Origin: Candidatus Kuenenia stuttgartensis
Lineage (GTDB): Bacteria; Gemmatimonadota; Gemmatimonadetes; Gemmatimonadales; Gemmatimonadaceae
Assembly: GCA_943330235.2 (NCBI GenBank)
Contig: CALQGY020000006.1
Coordinates: 3,487-67,486, forward strand
DNA length: 64,000 bases
Direction: 5' to 3'
Positions 15,932 through 26,987 of the stretch are shown here, piece by piece (positions within the stretch are counted from its first letter, which is position 1; each line of letters begins with the position of its first letter). The notes under the pieces are model-generated. The model did no database searches. It worked only from the letters and a program-made list of their open reading frames with translations, and was not told where the DNA came from. The position numbers and the translations under genes were made by a program.

Positions 15932-18312
15932 GGCGTTTCCGCGTTCTTGGGGCGACGGCGCTCCTGCTGGTGCAGCACGTGATCGCGCAGGGCGTGTTCG
16001 CCGTGCACGCGTCCGCGCAGTCGCCCACGGCCATCCTCGATCGCGTCCGCGTCAATGCGCAGCGGCCCATCGACTTTCATGCGATCGCGCTCCCCGAGAC
16101 GGTCTATGTCGGACAGCAGGCCACGTATCAGGTGGCCGTGTTGCTCAGTCCCGACGCGCGATCGCGACTGCGCCGTAATCCGGAATTCCTTCCGCCCGAG
16201 CTGCGCGGTCTCTTGGCCTACGAACTGGGCACGCCCATTCGCGTGGCGCCGCGCAGCTTCGGCACGGCGACATTCGAGGCGCATGTGTTCCAGCGCGCAC
16301 TCTTTCCGGTCGCCGCCGGCCGACACACCGTGCCCGCGCCGCAGCTCACGTATGCGCTCCCGCAGTCCGCGAGCTATTTCAGCCGTGAAGAACAGTTCAT
16401 GGTGCGCGCCGAAAGCGCTGCCTTCATCGCGAGACCGCTCCCGCTGGAAGGACGCCCCGAGGATTTCAGCGGCGCCGTCGGCGTGTTCAAGGCCGCCGTA
16501 CGCATGGATACCGTCGCGGCGCGGGTCGGTGATCCGCTCGTACTCACGCTGCGCGTGCAGGGCGTCGGTAATGTGAAGCTGCTGCCGCGTCCGTCCATCG
16601 AGATCGACTGGGCGTCTGCGGTGCCGGGCTCGGAGCGTGTCGCCGTTGACAGCAGCGGTCCGCTGGTGCGCGGCACGAAAGAGTTCGACTGGATTCTGAC
16701 CCCGGCACGCGATGGACGGGTCACCGTACCGGTCTTGCGGTACACCTACTTCGATCCGTATACCGCACGATACGCCGCGGCCGAATCCGAGCCGGTCGCG
16801 GTGGACGTACGCCCGGGGACCCTCGCGACGGTCGATGAGCGCGAGCCGGGTGCGCTGCTCTCGTTGCGGCCCCTCGATGGTGCCGTCGCCTCACCCGTCC
16901 GCTGGACCGGCCACGGACTGCCGCCATCCGCCTGGTGGTGGTGGATCGTGGTGGCCTTGCTGGCACCCATTCCCGCGCTCTGGTGGTCGCGCCCGCGCCG
17001 CGCGTCGGCAGGTGGCCGCGCGGTGCCGCCTCGTGCACTCCCAGAACCGACGGGCGATACATCCGGCGCGCCCCACAGCGCCACGGCGTACGGCGCCGAC
17101 GGCCTACGCCATGCCGCGGACGAGCGTGTGCGTGAGGCCGTTCGCGCGGTACGCCGCACGTTCCTCGAAACGCTGGCTTCCCGCTTCGCGCAGTCGCCGC
17201 AATCACTCGTGTCGCGGCGCTACGTGGCGCGCCTCCTGCGCCGAAGCGGCGTCACGCGCGCCACCACTCGTGACGCGCTCGCGCTGCTCGAGCAACTCGA
17301 CGAGAGGGGCTTTGCCCCCGCAGCGTCTGGCCACGAGTCGTCGGCCTCCGCGGCCGAGGGGCTGGCTCGCGATCTGCTGCGTCGCATCGACGACGAAGCG
17401 GTGCCGCGCGGCGCGCGTCTGGACCGATCGGCGATGATCCTGCTGGTCGTGACGCTCGGCGGTGCGCACCTTTTTGCGGCCGCATCGACTGGGCACGCAC
17501 AGGGACGATCCTCCGCCGTGAGTGAGGCCGGATCGGCCTCGGCCGAGTCGGACCAGGCCGAGTCGGACCCGTCCGCGGCGGCGAGCGAGGCCTACGCGCG
17601 TCGGAGTTACGCCGAAGCGGCGCAGCGATTCGCCGCGCTCGCGGAGGTCTCGCCCAACGCGCCGGATATTCTCGCGAATTGGGGGACCGCGGCGTGGGCC
17701 GCCGGCGACACGGTCAGCGCGGTCATCGCGTGGCAGCGTGCGGCGCGCATCGAACCGCTGGCGGTCGACCTGCAGGAACGCATCGGCCTGTTGCCCGCCG
17801 GTGCACGGGGCGGCATCGCGGATGTCCCGATGATACCCGTTCCGCTCTTGCTTCGACTGGCCGTCGGGGGATGGTTGCTGGGCTGGATGATCTTCGGCGG
17901 CATCGCATACCGAACGCGTGCAGCGAGCGGCGCCGCCGCGGAGCTCGCGTTCGATGCGACGCGCACCGGACGCTGGATGCGCAGCAGCGCGCAACTCCTG
18001 CTGCTGCTGGGCGTGGCCGCCGGTGGCGCGGCGTGGTGGGGCATGCGAGTGCTGGATGCATCGGCGCTCGCCGTGGTCACGCGGCCCGAGACCATGCGCA
18101 TCGCGCCAGGCATGGAGGCGGATGCCATGGGCGGCGTCACCACCGGCGATGTGGTGCGCATCGAAGACTCGCGCGACGTCTGGCAACGGGTCGTGCATGC
18201 CGACGGTCGCCGTGGATGGCTGCCGGCGTATCGCCTCACCATGCTGCGACCGCCTGCCGCGCGTGCGGTGATGCGCGACGGTTCGGTGCCGGATTCCGCC
18301 GCGGCTCGCTAG
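15928..18312 (+). CDS. BatD-like protein fused to TPR and C-terminal SH3-like domain (BatD-BatE-like)
   Basis: Signal peptide; beta-rich N-terminal half (YVGQQATYQVAVLLS, GDPLVLTLRVQGVGNV); TM segments; TPR-like YARRSYAEAAQRFAAL; C-terminus GDVVRIEDSRDVWQRVVHADGRRGWLPAYRL. Confidence 0.7.
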   Translation: MRRFRVLGATALLLVQHVIAQGVFAVHASAQSPTAILDRVRVNAQRPIDFHAIALPETVYVGQQATYQVAVLLSPDARSRLRRNPEFLPPELRGLLAYELGTPIRVAPRSFGTATFEAHVFQRALFPVAAGRHTVPAPQLTYALPQSASYFSREEQFMVRAESAAFIARPLPLEGRPEDFSGAVGVFKAAVRMDTVAARVGDPLVLTLRVQGVGNVKLLPRPSIEIDWASAVPGSERVAVDSSGPLVRGTKEFDWILTPARDGRVTVPVLRYTYFDPYTARYAAAESEPVAVDVRPGTLATVDEREPGALLSLRPLDGAVASPVRWTGHGLPPSAWWWWIVVALLAPIPALWWSRPRRASAGGRAVPPRALPEPTGDTSGAPHSATAYGADGLRHAADERVREAVRAVRRTFLETLASRFAQSPQSLVSRRYVARLLRRSGVTRATTRDALALLEQLDERGFAPAASGHESSASAAEGLARDLLRRIDDEAVPRGARLDRSAMILLVVTLGGAHLFAAASTGHAQGRSSAVSEAGSASAESDQAESDPSAAASEAYARRSYAEAAQRFAALAEVSPNAPDILANWGTAAWAAGDTVSAVIAWQRAARIEPLAVDLQERIGLLPAGARGGIADVPMIPVPLLLRLAVGGWLLGWMIFGGIAYRTRAASGAAAELAFDATRTGRWMRSSAQLLLLLGVAAGGAAWWGMRVLDASALAVVTRPETMRIAPGMEADAMGGVTTGDVVRIEDSRDVWQRVVHADGRRGWLPAYRLTMLRPPAARAVMRDGSVPDSAAAR

Positions 18313-18320
18313 CCTTCAGC

Positions 18321-20132
18321 ATGTCGCGCATTGCCATCCTCTCCAGTGCGGTCGCTGACCAGATCGCCGCCGGCGAAGTGGTCGAACGCCCGTCGTCGGT
18401 CGTCAAAGAACTGGTCGAGAATGCCCTCGACGCAGGCGCCACGACCGTGTCGGTCACCGTCGAGGACGGGGGGCGCGCGCTCATCCGCATCGCGGACGAC
18501 GGCAGCGGGATGGACCGTGACGATGCGGTGCTCGCGCTCGCACGGCACGCCACCTCGAAAATTTCATCGGCGGAACAGCTCGTCGGCGTCCGAAGTTACG
18601 GCTTTCGCGGCGAAGCACTGCCCGCCATCGCGTCCGTGTCGGAGCTGGAAATCGAGACGGCCACCGAAGACGGATCGGGCACGCTCGTGCGCGCCGCCGC
18701 TGGTGCGGTGCTCGAGACCCGCGAGGCCACGCGTCGGCGAGGCACCACGGTCACCATGTCGCGCCTCTTCTACAACACGCCGGCCCGCCTGAAATTTCTG
18801 CGGTCGGCGCGCTCGGAATGGCGCAGCATCGTGGAGACCATGCACGCCATTGCCGCGCTCCGCCGCGACGTGCACTTCACGCTGCGGCATGACGGCAAGG
18901 TGGCCCTCGATCTCCCCGCAACCGCGGACCTGCGCGCGCGACTCGCCGCCCTCTGGGGCCATCGCGAAATCGAACGCTTCGTGGCGGTGGATGATGTGCA
19001 GGGCACCGCACACGTGACCGGACTCGTCGAACGCCCCGCCGACGTCGGCACTGGGACGCGGCGCATCCTGCTCATGATCAACGGACGTGTCGTGCGCGAT
19101 CATGGCATCGTGCGCGCGGCCGAAGCGGCGTATCGCTCGACGCTGCCGGCCGGCATGCGTCCCTCGCTCATCCTGCAGCTGCGACTGCCGGCGGATGCTG
19201 TCGACGTGAACGTGCATCCAGCCAAGTCGGAAGTGCGGCTTCGTGAACGCTGGCCGGTCGAACGCGTCGTCGAACACGCGGTGCGGCGTGCGCTCGGTCT
19301 GCTCGATGCCAGCGCCGGCATCGGCTGGAAGACGTGGACCCCGGCGCCCGCACCCGACTGGCGTCAGGATGTGCACACGCTCGAGCCCGAGGCCTTGCGC
19401 CGCGCACCCACCGGGGAGGGACTCTTCGCCCCATCCCGTCGCGATGAGGACGCATCGGTCACCGCCGATGCCGCGTGGTCCGCGGATGGCTCGCCCGCGA
19501 ACGAGTCACCCGACGTCGCCTCATCCGACGGCCGCGCCGCCGCGGCGCTCACGGAGGATTTTCGCGTCCCGCCGCTGCTCCAGCTCCGCCGGATGTATCT
19601 GCTGTTCGAGCACGAGGACGGGGTGGTGCTCATCGATCAGCATTCCGCGCACGAACGCGTGCTCTACGAAGGCTTCATGGGGACGCTCGAGCGCGGCGAG
19701 TCGCCGTCGCAACGGTTGCTCTTTCCCATGACGCTGCACTTAGGTCCCGATGAGGCCGAAGCCTTCGAAGCGCACCGCGCCGCCTTCGACGCACTCGGCT
19801 TCGAGATCGAGCCGTTCGGCGGACATTCGCTGCTCGTCCAGGCGGTGCCCATGCCGCACCCGCGCTTCGATGCCGAACGCTGTCTCCGGGAGACGCTGGC
19901 CGCCCTCACCGGCGATCGTTCCCCGGGCGATGCGCGACGACACGAGCGGCTGGCGGCGACCTTCGCCTGCAAGGCCGCCATCAAGGCCGGCGACGCGCTC
20001 TCGCCTGGAGAGATGCGCGCGCTCTACATCGCCTTAGCAAACACCAAACTCCCCGCGCACGATGTACACGGCCGCTCCACCATCGTGCGCTTGTCCTGGG
20101 ACGAACTCGACCGGCGCTTCGGACGCAAATGA
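18321..20132 (+). CDS. mutL: DNA mismatch repair protein MutL
   Basis: IAAGEVVERPSSVVKELVENALDAGA; DDGSGM; GFRGEAL. ATG 18321 chosen; the track start at 17679 overlaps the previous gene. Confidence 0.94.
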   Translation: MSRIAILSSAVADQIAAGEVVERPSSVVKELVENALDAGATTVSVTVEDGGRALIRIADDGSGMDRDDAVLALARHATSKISSAEQLVGVRSYGFRGEALPAIASVSELEIETATEDGSGTLVRAAAGAVLETREATRRRGTTVTMSRLFYNTPARLKFLRSARSEWRSIVETMHAIAALRRDVHFTLRHDGKVALDLPATADLRARLAALWGHREIERFVAVDDVQGTAHVTGLVERPADVGTGTRRILLMINGRVVRDHGIVRAAEAAYRSTLPAGMRPSLILQLRLPADAVDVNVHPAKSEVRLRERWPVERVVEHAVRRALGLLDASAGIGWKTWTPAPAPDWRQDVHTLEPEALRRAPTGEGLFAPSRRDEDASVTADAAWSADGSPANESPDVASSDGRAAAALTEDFRVPPLLQLRRMYLLFEHEDGVVLIDQHSAHERVLYEGFMGTLERGESPSQRLLFPMTLHLGPDEAEAFEAHRAAFDALGFEIEPFGGHSLLVQAVPMPHPRFDAERCLRETLAALTGDRSPGDARRHERLAATFACKAAIKAGDALSPGEMRALYIALANTKLPAHDVHGRSTIVRLSWDELDRRFGRK

Positions 20133-21118
20133 AGCCCCCCGTCGTCGCGCCACCGAGTGTTCGCGTCATCGTCGGACCGACGGCGGCGGGGAAGTCGGAC
20201 ATCGCGATGCGCCTCGCCGAGCGCTACAGCGGCGCGATACTCAGTGCCGATTCGCGGCAAGTGTATGAGGGATTCGATGTCGGTACCGCCAAGCCGACCC
20301 GCGCCGATCGAGAGCGCGTGCCGCATTACGGGATCGACGTATTGTCCCCCACCGTACGCTATTCGGCTCACCGGTGGGTCGACGAGGCCATCGGGTGGAT
20401 ACGCGATGCTCAGGCGAACGGACGCACGCCCCTGATTGTCGGCGGTACCGGCTTCTACATCCGCGCGTTGGCCGAGCCGCTCGACGCGGCACCCGCCCTC
20501 GACCCATCCCGTCGCACGGCCCTCGAGCAGTGGCTGGCGACGCTCGACGCGGAGGAGATCGAGCGGTGGTGTCGACGACTCGATCCACCGCGCGCCGCCC
20601 TCGGTCGCACACAGCGTCTGCGCGCCATCGAAACGGCGCTCTTGAGCGGCACGCGACTCAGCGATTGGCACGCCGCGGCACCCACGCACGCGTCGTCGCC
20701 GGATCACGAACCATCCGGGCAGCGCGCGAACGATCCGACGGCGGTGCCTAGACTCCGCTATCTTGTGGTAGATCCGGGACCGGTGCTCGCGACGCGCATC
20801 GAGACGCGCGTCGCGAGCATGATGGCCGCGGGATGGATGGACGAAGTGCACCGCCTGATGACGCACGTACCGTTGGATGCACCGGCATGGAACGCCAGCG
20901 GGTACGGTACGGTGCTCGCGGCGGTCCGTGGCACAATCGTGACGGCCGAGGCGGTGCAGCGGGTGATTATTGAGACACGCCAATATGCGAAGCGACAGCG
21001 CACGTGGTTCCGGAATCAGCTGCCCGCCGAGTGTGTGACGCGTATCGACAGCAGTGAGCCGAACGCGTTCGAGCTGGCGTGCGCGTGGTGGGAATCCGAA
21101 GACGGGAGTGGCACATGA
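20129..21118 (+). CDS. miaA: tRNA dimethylallyltransferase
   Basis: P-loop VGPTAAGKSDIAMRLA; SADSRQVYEGFDVGTAKP; LIVGGTGFY. Confidence 0.92.
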   Translation: MKPPVVAPPSVRVIVGPTAAGKSDIAMRLAERYSGAILSADSRQVYEGFDVGTAKPTRADRERVPHYGIDVLSPTVRYSAHRWVDEAIGWIRDAQANGRTPLIVGGTGFYIRALAEPLDAAPALDPSRRTALEQWLATLDAEEIERWCRRLDPPRAALGRTQRLRAIETALLSGTRLSDWHAAAPTHASSPDHEPSGQRANDPTAVPRLRYLVVDPGPVLATRIETRVASMMAAGWMDEVHRLMTHVPLDAPAWNASGYGTVLAAVRGTIVTAEAVQRVIIETRQYAKRQRTWFRNQLPAECVTRIDSSEPNAFELACAWWESEDGSGT

Positions 21119-22272
21119 AGATCGGAATCACCTGCTATCCGACGTACGGCGGGTCGGGCGCGGTGGCCACGGAACTGGGCATCGCGCTCGCCGCGCGTGG
21201 GCACGAAGTCCATTTCATCACCTATCAGCAGCCGTTTCGGCTGCCGAATTTCCTGCCGCGTGTGTTCTTCCACGAGGTGGATGTCGGGCGTTATCCCCTC
21301 TTCGAATATCCGCCGTACGACTTGGCGTTGGCCGTACGTATGCACGAGGTCGTGCGCGATCATCAGTTGGATGTGCTGCATTGCCATTACGCCATCCCGC
21401 ATGCCACCAGCGCCTGGATCGCGCGTGAGATGCTGCGCGAAGGTGGAGCTGACGTGCGGGTCGTCACGACGCTGCATGGCACCGATATCACCATCGTCGG
21501 GCAGGAACGGTCGTTCTACTCCATTACGCGCTTCTCCATCGAGAAGTCCGACGCCGTCACGGCGGTGTCGCACTACCTACGCGACGAAACGTATCGCGCC
21601 TTCGGGTGCGTGGGGTCGGACGTGCAGGTGATTCACAACTTCATCGATCCAGCACTCTTCGATCGCGCGCAACATGTCTTCCCGCTCCCTTCCGAGGTCG
21701 TGCAGAATCGGCGGGTGTTGATGCACATCTCGAACTTCCGCGCCGTCAAGCGCGTGCGGGACATCGTGAAGGTGTTCGCGCGCGTGAACGCGGAGATCCC
21801 ATCCCTGTTAGTCATGATCGGCGATGGCCCAGAGCGCGTCGAGGCGGAAGACGAAGCACGCGAATTGGGTGTCGCGGAGTCCATCGTGTTCTTGGGAAAG
21901 ATCGACGCCATCGCCCCGCTCTTGGCGGGTGCCGATCTCTTTCTGCTGACCAGTGACAACGAGTCGTTCGGTTTGAGCGCCTTGGAAGCCTTGGCCAGCG
22001 GCGTTCCCGTGATCGGCGCCAACGCCGGCGGGTTACCGGAGGTCGTCACGAATGGCGTCACCGGATATTTGTGCGCGGTCGGCGATGTCGAGGCAATGGC
22101 GCGTGCCAGCATCGACCTGCTCGCTGACCCAGTGCGCTGGCAGGCAATGAGCGATGCCGCCGCCGCGGATGCACGCCTTCGGTTTTCGCAGGATGCCGTC
22201 GTCGCGCAGTACGAAGCCCTCTACGAACGCACGGTCGCTGCCTTCCCCAAGCCGTCTCACGTACCCGCATGA
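21115..22272 (+). CDS. bshA: N-acetyl-alpha-D-glucosaminyl L-malate synthase BshA (GT4)
   Basis: MKIGITCYPTYGGSGAVATELGIALAARGHEVHFITYQQPFRL closely resembles the Bacillus BshA N-terminus; SDNESFGLSALEALASGVPVI (GT4 E-x7-E). ATGA overlap with miaA. Confidence 0.82.
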   Translation: MKIGITCYPTYGGSGAVATELGIALAARGHEVHFITYQQPFRLPNFLPRVFFHEVDVGRYPLFEYPPYDLALAVRMHEVVRDHQLDVLHCHYAIPHATSAWIAREMLREGGADVRVVTTLHGTDITIVGQERSFYSITRFSIEKSDAVTAVSHYLRDETYRAFGCVGSDVQVIHNFIDPALFDRAQHVFPLPSEVVQNRRVLMHISNFRAVKRVRDIVKVFARVNAEIPSLLVMIGDGPERVEAEDEARELGVAESIVFLGKIDAIAPLLAGADLFLLTSDNESFGLSALEALASGVPVIGANAGGLPEVVTNGVTGYLCAVGDVEAMARASIDLLADPVRWQAMSDAAAADARLRFSQDAVVAQYEALYERTVAAFPKPSHVPA

Positions 22273-23072
22273 CACTCGCACACGCCATCATTCTCGGTCT
22301 CGTCCAGGGCTTCGCCGAGCTGCTGCCCGTGTCCAGCTCGGCCCATTTGGCGCTGGCCCCGTACTTCCTTGATTTTCAGGATCCCGGACTCGCCTTCGAC
22401 GTCGCGCTCCATTTCGGCACACTGCTGGCGCTGGTGTGGTACTTCCGCGCGGACTGGATCGCGATGGTTGGCAGTACGCTGAACATCGTCAAAACGCGAC
22501 GCATCGAGACGGTGCACGAACGCCGCGCGTTGTATCTCGTGGTGGCCACGATTCCCGCCGGCATCGGCGGGCTAATGCTCGAAGACTACGCCGACAGCAC
22601 GTTCCGGTCGCCGGCCCTCATCGCGTCCATGCTGGCGATCATGGGCGTCGTGCTCTGGGCGGTCGATCGGTGGAGCGTACGGACGCGTGCGATCGATGAG
22701 GTCACTCTCCGCGATGCCATCATTATCGGCTGCGCGCAGGTACTCGCGCTCATTCCCGGCGTCTCGCGCTCTGGATCCACCATCACCGCCGGGCGCGCGC
22801 TCTCGCTCGATCGGCCAAGTGCGGCGCGATTCAGCTTTTTGCTCAGTATGCCCATCACCGTCGCGGCGGTAGTACTCAAAATGCCCGAGGCGATACGCAC
22901 AGAGGGGCTCTCGCTCCCACTCATCGCTGGCGTGGCCTCGGCCGCGATCAGCAGTTGGCTCGCCATCACCGTACTGCTGCGCTACATCAGCAAGCACAGC
23001 TTCGGCGTCTTTGCCGTCTATCGGTTGCTCCTGGCCGCGGCGGTGTTCATCACGCTCGCGGTACGCGGCTGA
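22269..23072 (+). CDS. uppP: undecaprenyl-diphosphate phosphatase
   Basis: GLVQGFAELLPVSSSAHL; PGVSRSGSTI. Confidence 0.93.
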   Translation: MTLAHAIILGLVQGFAELLPVSSSAHLALAPYFLDFQDPGLAFDVALHFGTLLALVWYFRADWIAMVGSTLNIVKTRRIETVHERRALYLVVATIPAGIGGLMLEDYADSTFRSPALIASMLAIMGVVLWAVDRWSVRTRAIDEVTLRDAIIIGCAQVLALIPGVSRSGSTITAGRALSLDRPSAARFSFLLSMPITVAAVVLKMPEAIRTEGLSLPLIAGVASAAISSWLAITVLLRYISKHSFGVFAVYRLLLAAAVFITLAVRG

Positions 23073-23161
23073 GCGATCCCCTGAGCGATCTGCACGACAC
23101 CGAGGATCTCGCCGCCTCGGCCAGCCTCTCTCGGGAGGAGCCGCTCCCGTCGGCGTCCTCC

Positions 23162-23899
23162 TTGGGCCTCGCGTCCATCGTGCACGAGCGGCTGGTGCCC
23201 TCCACGATGGATATCGCCCACGCACTCGCCGCCGAGGGCGCACCCGCCGGCGTGCTCGTGGTCGCCGATCGCCAATCCGTTGGACGTGGGCGCGGCGGGA
23301 ATCGATGGGCCTCCGCCGATGGGGCAGGGCTGTGGATGACCCTCGTCGAACGGCCCGCGGATCCGCGGGCGCTGGGCGTTCTGTCGCTGCGATTGGGACT
23401 CGCACTGGCCCAGGCGCTCGCGCCGTTCGTGGACCAACCGCTCGGGCTCAAATGGCCCAACGATGTCTTCGCAGGCGATGGGAAGCTCGCCGGCATTTTG
23501 GTCGAAGCGCGGTGGCGTGACGCACACGTCGACTGGGTGGCCATCGGCATCGGCATTAATCGCCGGGCTCCGATCGAGTGGCCCGGTGCGGCGGCCGTCC
23601 GGGATGGGGTATCGCGCGCGACGCTGCTGCAGGCGGTCATTCCCCGCGTGCGGGCGGCGGCGATGTATCAGGACGTGCTAACCGACGACGAACGCGCCGC
23701 GTGGCATGACCGCGACATGGCGCGTGGGCGCCGAGTGCGCGCGCCCGGCGTCGGCATCGTCGCGGGTATCGCGGCCGACGGGGCGCTCCTCATCGCGCCC
23801 GATCGTGACGGCATCGCGAGCGCATTCCGATCAGGCTCGCTGCTGTTCGACGACGATCGCGCTGACATTCTGGCACCGCGGACCAGTCCGCCATTGTAG
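23162..23899 (+). CDS. birA: biotin--[acetyl-CoA-carboxylase] ligase, group I (no N-terminal HTH)
   Basis: GRGRGGNRW biotin-loop motif; GLKWPNDV; GILVE. No in-frame ATG before the catalytic core, so the start (TTG 23162) is a guess. Confidence 0.8.
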   Translation: MGLASIVHERLVPSTMDIAHALAAEGAPAGVLVVADRQSVGRGRGGNRWASADGAGLWMTLVERPADPRALGVLSLRLGLALAQALAPFVDQPLGLKWPNDVFAGDGKLAGILVEARWRDAHVDWVAIGIGINRRAPIEWPGAAAVRDGVSRATLLQAVIPRVRAAAMYQDVLTDDERAAWHDRDMARGRRVRAPGVGIVAGIAADGALLIAPDRDGIASAFRSGSLLFDDDRADILAPRTSPPL

Positions 23900-24019
23900 C
23901 AGTATTGGCGTCATTTCGGCATGACGGGCGGTGTCTTGTGCGTCGAAACGGCACATTCTGAACTCCGTAAAGTGTTCCATGCCAAACACTTATGAAATAT
24001 CAGCCCGCCGCGAGACGCC

Positions 24020-24048
24020 TTGACGCCATCGGCCGTGCCGCTTAGACT
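24020..24048 (+). promoter_or_regulatory. sigma70-like promoter candidate for groES-groEL (TTGACG-N17-TAGACT)
   Basis: TTGACG at 24020-24025, 17-nt spacer, TAGACT at 24043-24048, immediately upstream of CIRCE. Confidence 0.55.
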
Positions 24049-24057
24049 CCCCCTGCG

Positions 24058-24084
24058 TTAGCACTCAACCCTCCCGAGTGCTAA
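24058..24084 (+). promoter_or_regulatory. CIRCE operator (HrcA binding site)
   Basis: Perfect TTAGCACTC-N9-GAGTGCTAA inverted repeat, 56 nt upstream of the groES ATG. Confidence 0.92.
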
Positions 24085-24139
24085 CACCGAGCTAGTAACT
24101 CGTTCGATCCCCTGACACATACGCAGGAGACCAGGACTT

Positions 24140-26118
<1,979 letters not shown>

Positions 26119-26155
26119 GCAGGGACTCGGCTGCGTCTCACGCAGTCTGCAAAAC

Positions 26156-26190
26156 ACAACGGGCGCCCTCGCGGGCGCCCGTTGTCGTTT
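26156..26190 (+). terminator. intrinsic terminator downstream of groEL
   Basis: 13-bp GC-rich stem ACAACGGGCGCCC-tcgc-GGGCGCCCGTTGT followed by CGTTTG. Confidence 0.75.
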
Positions 26191-26254
26191 GCAAGGTGCA
26201 GGCCGCGCGCGATGAAGCACACGACAGTGCTGATCGCGGGGCTACGGCGCGGCG

Positions 26255-26929
26255 CTACGGCGCCAGATGCAGCGACGGCGGCACGTGCACGAAATCCCCT
26301 GACACGGCCGCGCGCAGTTCCCGGGCGTGCTCCTCTCCATCGACGCCGCTCACCAACTCTTTCAACAGCCCGTCGTGCACGTCGTATACCAGCCCGTGCA
26401 GGATTGGGCGCTTGCCTTTCTTCCACGCGTGGCGGACGATCGGCGTACGTGACAGCTGAAAGACTTGCTCCAGCACGTTGAGTTCGACCAACCGATTGAA
26501 TCGGGCACCGTCGTCGGCCAACGCATTGAGTTCGGCCTCGTGACGCATTTGCAGGTCGCGAACGACCTGCAGCCAGTGATCCACCAGCCGGTGCCCCTGC
26601 GGTTCCATCGCGGCGCGGACACCGCCGCATTGGTAGTGGCCACACACGAGCACATGCTTCACATCCAGCACCTCGACGGCGTACTCGAGGGCGGAGAGCA
26701 TGTTCATGTCGGTTGGATCAGCCTGATTCGCGATGTTCCGATGGACGAAGATTTCGCCCGGGTGCGCGCCCGTGAGCAGTTCCGCCGGCACGCGTGAGTC
26801 GCAGCAACCGATGAACAGGTAGTGCGGTTCCTGCGTCACGGAACGGCGTTCAAAGAACCCGGCGTCGGCGGCGCGCATGGCGTTGGCCCATTCGCGATTC
26901 TGCGCGAACAGGCGGAGATAGTTCTGCAT
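26255..26929 (-). CDS. beta-class carbonic anhydrase
   Basis: FIGCCDSRVP and VCGHYQCGG zinc ligand motifs. Start taken at MQNYLRLF (26929) rather than the track start at 27016. Confidence 0.9.
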   Translation of the reverse strand: MQNYLRLFAQNREWANAMRAADAGFFERRSVTQEPHYLFIGCCDSRVPAELLTGAHPGEIFVHRNIANQADPTDMNMLSALEYAVEVLDVKHVLVCGHYQCGGVRAAMEPQGHRLVDHWLQVVRDLQMRHEAELNALADDGARFNRLVELNVLEQVFQLSRTPIVRHAWKKGKRPILHGLVYDVHDGLLKELVSGVDGEEHARELRAAVSGDFVHVPPSLHLAP

Positions 26930-26987
26930 GGCCAAGTTTCGCCAATCGCGCGCCGGTCGGCAACCGCGAGGCGCGTACCTTCGTCGG

